DNA of 64,000 bases from Felis catus (taxonomy: Eukaryota), in NCBI RefSeq assembly GCF_018350175.1, contig NC_058368.1, positions 39,372,001 to 39,436,000 of the forward strand, given 5' to 3'. Shown piece by piece: positions 56,820 to 64,000 of this stretch (the stretch's first letter is position 1; each line of letters begins with the position of its first letter). A model generated the notes under the pieces. That model was given only the letters and a program-made list of their open reading frames with translations. It made no database searches and was not told where the DNA came from. The position numbers and the translations under genes were made by a program.

Positions 56820-58233
56820 TGATTGCTTAGAAATTCTTACCATTAAGTGCAGCATCTAGTCAGGGCTAAATGCTGATTAGGACTGATGGATAAATTCTTC
56901 ACCCTTTCTTCATTCAGACATACTTTTCATATGAATTCTCAGAAGGTTTTGAAGGATTAAGGAAACATAAAGTCCAAGAACAGATGAGTACCTCTATAAT
57001 ATACCGGACCCCCTTAGCACCATGTCCTAATATAATCTTAAATAAATTACCCAGACATAGCCTTTTTCTCAGGCCCTCCTTTTTATGATGAAATAGAATA
57101 AAATAGAATAAAAACTCAATCTAATCTTAGAGCTATTCCACCCAGCTTAGCGCTGATATCCATCTATACTATATGCTCTGTGATTGTCTAGAGGATGTGT
57201 CAAGGTTCATAGTGGATGAATTATTTTTCTCACACAATGCTTTTCATTTCATAATCACCATATTAAGTTGTTGTCTGTCTCCCTTTAGATTTCATCAGCT
57301 AGTTGTACTTAACCTTTTTGTGGGCATGCACTACAATTCTAATATTTCTATTATGTAATAGAGATATCTTCATATTCTTCCTTTATCACATTTAATCATC
57401 CATCATTTCAGCCAATATAAATTGCAAACATTCTATTTGGCAAATAATATAAAAGATGCTAATGTTATCCTGTATGACAGATACAGAATTTCTCTTCAGT
57501 GAACTAACAATATAGGGGAAGAGTAATATAAACCGAGACATGATATTAAATAATTTTAACGGAGAGTGGAAGTGCTGTGATAATATTCTGAAAGATGTGA
57601 ATAACTTCATAAAGTCGGGAAAAGCATGGTAAAAAGGAAGCAAGGGAAGATGGAAAGAAGGAAGGAAGGAAAAGAAAGAAATAAGGATGGGGAGGATAAA
57701 ATGAACTGTGGCAATAAAAGTTCAAAAGCATTAGAGAGAAAAAAAAAACAGGACGAGAAAGGAGAAAAGGAGGAAGATGATGAAAAAATGCATGGACCAT
57801 TTGCTTTTGTGTAATATCATCAGTAAGCATTTTGGGTGTCATTTAAATCTTAAATGTGATAATCCCATTAGTGAAGGTTGCAGTTAAAATGCCATTGATT
57901 TTGGAGAAGGACAGGGGGAATTCTATAAAACAAATATTCAGGGACAGAACCAAGAAGAATTTTCTATTTTCAAAAACTCTTGAGATAAAACCCATGTTAG
58001 ACATAGAATATAAAATAAGGACTCTCTCTGTTTATTCTTAATGGATTTTGCTAAAGTTTTAATTTTTTTAATAATTGCTACTTTTTAATAGCATATACAT
58101 GCCTATGCCAAGAATATCTCTGAAAGGCTAACCATGTAACTAAGGAGATATTGAAGAAATAGTTGCCTCTGTATAGGACAACTGGGAAACAACAGACAAT
58201 GACAGGGAGAAAATAAAATTTCACAATGTAATT

Positions 58234-58444
58234 AAAAAATTTTTTTTACATTTTATTTATTTTCGATAAAGACAGAGCACAAGTGGGGTAGGGGCAGAGA
58301 GAGAGGGAGACACAGAATCTGAAGCAGGCTCCAGGATCTGAGCTGTCAGCACAGAGCCTGATACAGGGCTCAAACTCACAAACTGCGAGATCATGACCTG
58401 AGCCGAAGTCGGACCCTTAACTGACTGAGCCACCCAGGCGCCCC
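58234..58444 (-). mobile_element. Can-SINE, SINEC_Fc2-like
   Basis: TSD AATTTCACAAT[G/A]TAATT at 58217-58233 and 58445-58461. Confidence 0.96.
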
Positions 58445-60676
58445 AATTTCACAATATAATTTTTAAAAACTCCTTGGCATTTACCCTTGAAAGTAGTAAA
58501 TAGGTAAGTTTGTGGAACAGTATTTATTTTTCATTGTTTTAGATAGAGATAGGTAATGTTTTTTGTTTTTTGGTTTTTTTTAAGACTCGTATTTTTTTGG
58601 ATGAGTTTGTTTACTTTCTTAGCCGCTGGGTCTTTGAAACTATTTTCCCGTTGCTATGTCAAGTGACTTGATATGTTAGTGGCAACAAATAACTTGATCT
58701 ACTCTCCAAGTCAGAACAGCAAGGAACATCTTAGCATTCAAAGGTTAAGTTAAAGCAGAATGTGTGTTTGAGTGCCGTTGTTACTTCGCATGCTCTTTCT
58801 GCAAGCAGTTCTTCAAATAATTAAGAAAAATATAAAATTTTATAAACAACTTTAAAGAGAGATTCTACAGCCATCTGGGTTTCACAATCTTGATTGGAAT
58901 TACTCCTAATTATTGCTAACATTATAAATTTTGAAACCCTTGGGTACTATTTTGCTCCTTCTCTATAGAAGCTAATTAATCTTCTCTTTACAAAAATAAT
59001 CCATCAATTTGAGATATTATTTCTTTTTAAAAGTCTCTTTGGTTTTGTCAGGGTCCCTGGGAGATTACCCTGCCTAATAACTTTTCACTCACTCAATTAA
59101 AACTTGACACTGACTATCCTGTAATCCAGACTCCACATTTTGTATAACCTTTTGACCTGCAGCAAAGCAGAGGAACTGAGAGCTCTCCGTAAGTCCCTCA
59201 GCCTCACTGAGGAGTGAGGCAGGTCTTTCCCAGAGCTGTTTTCCATGATAAGACACCTTCTCAAAAAGAATGGGACTAATGTATTGGTCTCAGAATAAAC
59301 TTTTTTTTTTTTTCAGTCACCAGTATCTCAATCACTCTTCGCAAACAGGATCCGTAGACTGAATCTGTACAATATGCAAATCTACAAATCTGTTGCTCAG
59401 ATCATAATTCTTAATATGGGTTTAAATCACAGTCTACATTTGACGGAACCAAAACAGTACAGACAATGAAGTTTAAAGTTCATCATTTTCTAACTTGTAT
59501 TTTTCATCATTACAAAGTTACATTATTTGAAGATAGAGGATCCACAGTTCTTTATCTCCTTAAAATTTCATGAAAAAAGCAAGCTCTTTAATTAAAATTA
59601 AAGAGTTTAGAGTTAAATATTTTAGCACTTGTCTAAAATCTTTAGATTTTTGAGTAGTCTTTAGTCTTGTCAGCAAGACTTAGGGTCAGGTTTGTTCATG
59701 CACAGAGGGCAACATTCAATCAAGCAATTTAAGTTCTGTCAGTGATCTTTGATTAAAATATAACCTAAAAATCCTGATTATCATAAAATTATGCTCTGAC
59801 AAGAGCTAATTAACAAGTAACATATTTTTTAAATGACTGTAAAAAGAAAATTCCAGTAGTCTAACTAATGTTCTCCTAATTGCCCTCTTCATATTTTGGA
59901 ATAAGTAATTATAGGATTATCAAATCTAAAGAAATTTAGCATGCATCTTTTTGTAGTAGGAACAGCACACAGTAAAGTCTGCCCCAAAACATTTACTAAT
60001 ACAACCTTCTATAAACATGTTGACAGGCTTTTTTAGCTAGTGTGTTTTTGTGCGTTTGATATTTAGGCAGCAATTTAAAACAACTTATCATATTTAAAAA
60101 TAAAATTTCAAGACACATACATTCATACATTGATGCTAAGCAAAATAAATAATCTTGATTATTTTTCTTAGTTCTATAGGTTCTTTTCCTGAACAAAAAG
60201 CTGCTAGTATTTATGTAGATTAGCTATATTTCAGTTCAGTAAATTCATATAACACAAATTTTTATACTGTCACTCAAAAATTTAAAGAAACTGAGTTGAA
60301 GGGTGATAGGTATAAATGCCAGTAGATAGTTCAGTATATTTCTGCATTAGAAATATGGTAGTGTGGATATTTCATTCCTGTAGCTAAAATATATTTTTTT
60401 CATTTTTCATGTGACATCATAGTCACTCAAATTCTATTAAAAGAAACAATTAATTTTGTGTTTGTGTATAGACACACATATACTTCCTTTATTTCAATAA
60501 TAAAAAGGATTAAAATGTTAAACAAAAACATGTAGCTACTTTGAATTAGTTACCTTTATTCAAGTTGCAGAGAGTGCTAGAAATGTACTCTCTTATGGGT
60601 TTTCAAATTCTGCATATTATACAGCTATAACACAAAAGGTGTTATATGGGCTTTTTCAGTATAAGAAATTATTTGT

Positions 60677-61012
60677 TTAAGAGTACACTTATCTTGAGGT
60701 CATGTGGGTCGCTCAGTGGGTTGAGTATCCCACTTGATTTCAGCTCAGGGCATGATCTTTCGGTTCTTGGGATGGAGCCCTGTGTAGGGCTCCACGCTGA
60801 GTAGGGAGCCTGCTGGAGCCTGCTGGAGATTTTCTCCCTCTCTCCCCCTGCCCCACCCCCAGCTTGGCTCTCTGTCTCTAAAAAAAAAAAAAGAAAAGAA
60901 AAAGAAGAGTACACTTATCTTGATGAGCACTGAGTAATGTATGAAACTGTTGAATCGTTGCATTATACACCTGAAACCAACACTGTATGATAACTACTGG
61001 AATTAAAATAAA
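60677..61012 (+). mobile_element. Extreme 3' end of a carnivore L1, interrupted by a SINE
   Basis: TTAAGAGTACACTTATCTT [SINE] GATGAGCACTGAGTAATGTATG..ACACCTGAAAC..ACTGGAATTAAAATAAA. Confidence 0.85.
60696..60904 (+). mobile_element. Older Can-SINE
   Basis: Perfect TSD AAGAGTACACTTATCTT at 60679-60695 and 60905-60921; internal 10-bp duplication GGAGCCTGCT. Confidence 0.94.
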
Positions 61013-61185
61013 TATTTGTCAATTGGAAAATTTCTAATATGTCATTTTCAACAATCATTTAACATGTAAAATAAATCCATAATGATCTAAAAAAATCACT
61101 TTGAAGTTTCCTTTATAAAGCTTGACACTTGATTTTTTGTGCATATATGCAAGCATCTGGGCTGTAAATATCAATATCAAATTTT

Positions 61186-61401
61186 TTTTAATTTTTTTTT
61201 CAACGTTTATTTATTTTGGGGACAGAGAGAGACAGAGCATGAATGGGGGAGGGGCAGAGAGAGGGAGACACAGAATCGGAAACAGGCTCCAGGCTCTGAG
61301 CCATCAGCCCAGAGCCTGACGCGGGGCTCGAACTCCCGGACCGCGAGATCGTGACCTGGCTGAAGTCGGACGCTTAACCGACTGCGCCACCCAGGCGCCC
61401 C
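61186..61401 (-). mobile_element. Young Can-SINE, SINEC_Fc(1)-like
   Basis: CpGs intact; perfect TSD TATCAATATCAAATTTT at 61169-61185 and 61402-61418. Confidence 0.97.
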
Positions 61402-62667
61402 TATCAATATCAAATTTTATTACAGTCAATAAAGGGGAAAAAGTAAAGCACATGTGTCCATTAATGATTTTAACATGTATGCCTGTGTATGACAAGCAAT
61501 TTCTATATAAGAATTAGAATCTGATGGACCAAGTGCATTGAAATAGCAGAAGAGCTTATTGAAATATTATTAAATTATAATGTATTTATATTTGATATTT
61601 TCTAATGCCATTGCATTAATTAGCAATAATACATTATTTTTTGGAATTAAGTTATAGTGTTTTATAGAGTAAAGTTTAAGCTGCATTGAGGCAATATGGA
61701 CATTTTAATCATTATAATTTTGCAATAGTACATTATATTTCTGATCAGAAGTGCTCCTGTTTAGCGAGGCTAGCTAAGTTCAGAAAGGTCTTTTCTTCTC
61801 TGTGCATCCCACAACAGATTGCCACAATTAGTGCAAGCAGTAGTATGCTCCAATGAGGGTGATCTGATTAGAATGACTCGGCTCATTTGTAATTGCTAGA
61901 AACAGGGCTATTCATAGAGGGAGTAAGTGGAAATCACAGAAGCTCAACATCATGCTATTATTTGTATACACTGGAATCAAATAAACAGGTAACATAATCA
62001 CTTGTTTTATGGATCTGCTGGGGCTTGGTGATGTGCTTTGCTCTTTGTAAAGATTCTGGCTTATTAGAAGTGTAAACACCAGAGTTCTATGTTTCTGCCA
62101 AAAATCATGGCTTAGCATCTGCCACAATAATTTACGATGTTGGAACAGGTAGTCTTTATCTTGAAATTTTTGGAGCCACTTTACTTTTAGGTATTTTGGG
62201 AACTCTGAGTTTCAAAAGAAATATATTTCCTTCAGCATCATTTAGTTTATCATTGCATATTGTGGAAAACTACACTGTTCATTGATATAAACTGCTACCT
62301 ACATCTCGTCGTGTCTACAATTTATAAAGCCTAATTCTAACTATAAACTTATATATATTTTTATTAGAAAACAACCTATGCGATATATAAACAGTCACTT
62401 TAGTGTAAGATAATCAAATTATTTAGTAAAGTATAGATAAAAGCAACGTTTACATGAATGTTCCTTATAATGTTATGTTTGCATATGTAGTTATATCATT
62501 TTTATATGCAAAAATTGATTGCATATTTCATTCATGGTGTACACAGAGGCATTACTTTTATTTATAAATATCAGGATTTAATTTTTTGGTTTAATACTTT
62601 ATATTTCTATAAATTGGGTTTTTAGTAGTAAATTACAAGTCCATATTGTGAGCTGATGAAGGGTGGG

Positions 62668-63229
62668 TGTATATAATAACTACTTTTGTGTAACAAATAC
62701 TGTGAAACTTAGCAACTTAAAATAACAATTTTATTTTGCTCAAGATGGTATAGGTCAGGAGTTTGGAAAGAGCTTAGATGTTAGATTTTTCTTGGGATCT
62801 TCCATGAAATTATAACCAGATCTTAGTGGAAGCTGGTTCATCTGTAGGCTCAGCTAAGGAAATCATTTACATGGCCAGCAGTTGATGCTGGCTGTCAGCC
62901 TTCAGCTCATCTGGGGCCCTTCATGAGTGCCTACACAAGGTACCACCATAAGTCTTGGGCCTCCTTATATCATGGTGGCTTTTTGATAATGAAGCTTCCT
63001 GGAGGGAAGCTTAGGGCTCTAGCAAATTTTCCAGTGAACAAAGTGAAAGCCCCATTACCTTTTTTTTTTTTTTTTTACTCAGCCTCTGAAGTTACGTAGC
63101 CCAATTTCCACAGGACTCTAATGATTTAAGAAGTCACAAGTTCACTCAGTCAAGAAGAGGATGTACAGACTTCACCTCTCAATGAGAAAACTCAAAGGCT
63201 TTGTGCCTATTATATTTTTAACCATTTCA
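62668..63229 (-). mobile_element. ERVL-MaLR solo LTR, MLT1G/H-like
   Basis: TGTGTAACAAAT..AAACTTAGCAACTTAAAATAACAA, GGTCAGGAGTTTGG, CATGGCCAGCAGTTGATGCTGGCTGTC, CAGCCTCTGAAGT, ACTTCACCTCTCAATG; TG...CA termini. Confidence 0.8.
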
Positions 63230-64000
63230 TGGAGAAATGAAAAATGTTACATCAGGAATATCTAAAAACACAGTAGTTTGCAGAATTTACGGTTGGAGTG
63301 AAGCAACTAGGATTTGAGTTTATGTACTCACATTTAAATATAGAGTTAAATCTACAAATCATTCTCTAGAAAGGAATGCCATTTAGCAGTGGCAGTGAGC
63401 TCACTATGGCTTTCACCCTAAAAATAGATGAAAATGTCAAAAAAAAACCCTGAGCCCATTTAAATTGGAATTTATATGATATTTGGAAAGATCAACATAT
63501 TTAAACATGAAATGATCCAGATTATCATTGTTATAATAAAAGGCCAAAAGTAGTGTGGTGATTGAGCAAATTTACTAAAATCAAAGATCATTTTTTTTTT
63601 CTTGAAACTCCAGCCATCAAAGAAAAATGTGGAAGATAGTCCCAAGATAAAAAAAGGTAGATTGGTATAGGATAAAACAGCCAGGCAGAAAGAAGAAAGA
63701 AGAAAACAGAGCCCATTCCTTTGGGAAAAGAAGATAAGAGAAATAATCAGTTACTTTTGATATACAGTACTTCTCAAGAACTGTATATAAAGGTATAAAT
63801 AATTCTTCATTTGTTGCTTCATTCTCAGGAAACATTGTAAAATCTAAATATCTGTTTAATACTTTTACTGATTTCCATCCAACTTCAAATCCTTATTTTG
63901 GGCACATAGTGAACTACAAGATTTATAGAAATATGGAAAAGCTCTTCTATATAAAACTGATATGTTTCCTACTGGTATATGATTACAACTAAATGCTATT

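Overview
AT-rich mammalian (carnivore, almost certainly felid) non-coding DNA, either intergenic or deep intronic. The felid call rests on tRNA-derived Can-SINEs of the SINEC_Fc type (GGGGCGCCTGGGTGGC[G/T]CAGTCGGTTAAGCGTCCGACTTC...(CT)n-AATAAA-polyA) and carnivore L1 3' ends. I found no recognisable protein-coding exon, RNA gene, CpG island or CRISPR array, and the supplied ORFs I could trace come from repeats, low-complexity DNA or chance. The window is a layered transposon record: 26 Can-SINEs (most with visible target-site duplications, TSDs), L1 fragments of several ages (three with 5' inversions), L2 and MIR fossils, MaLR and ERV1 solo LTRs, hAT-Charlie elements and many microsatellites. 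The most notable items are a near full-length decayed hAT/Charlie transposase (~21.7-23.8 kb), two independent retrotransposon insertions at the homologous nucleotide of two L1 3' UTR copies, a solo LTR retaining CCAAT/TATA/polyA architecture, and an L1 joined to a 20-nt SINE head. I found no credible new biological system. Subfamily names come from recall of consensus sequences and need RepeatMasker/Dfam confirmation. Boundaries of old elements are approximate.
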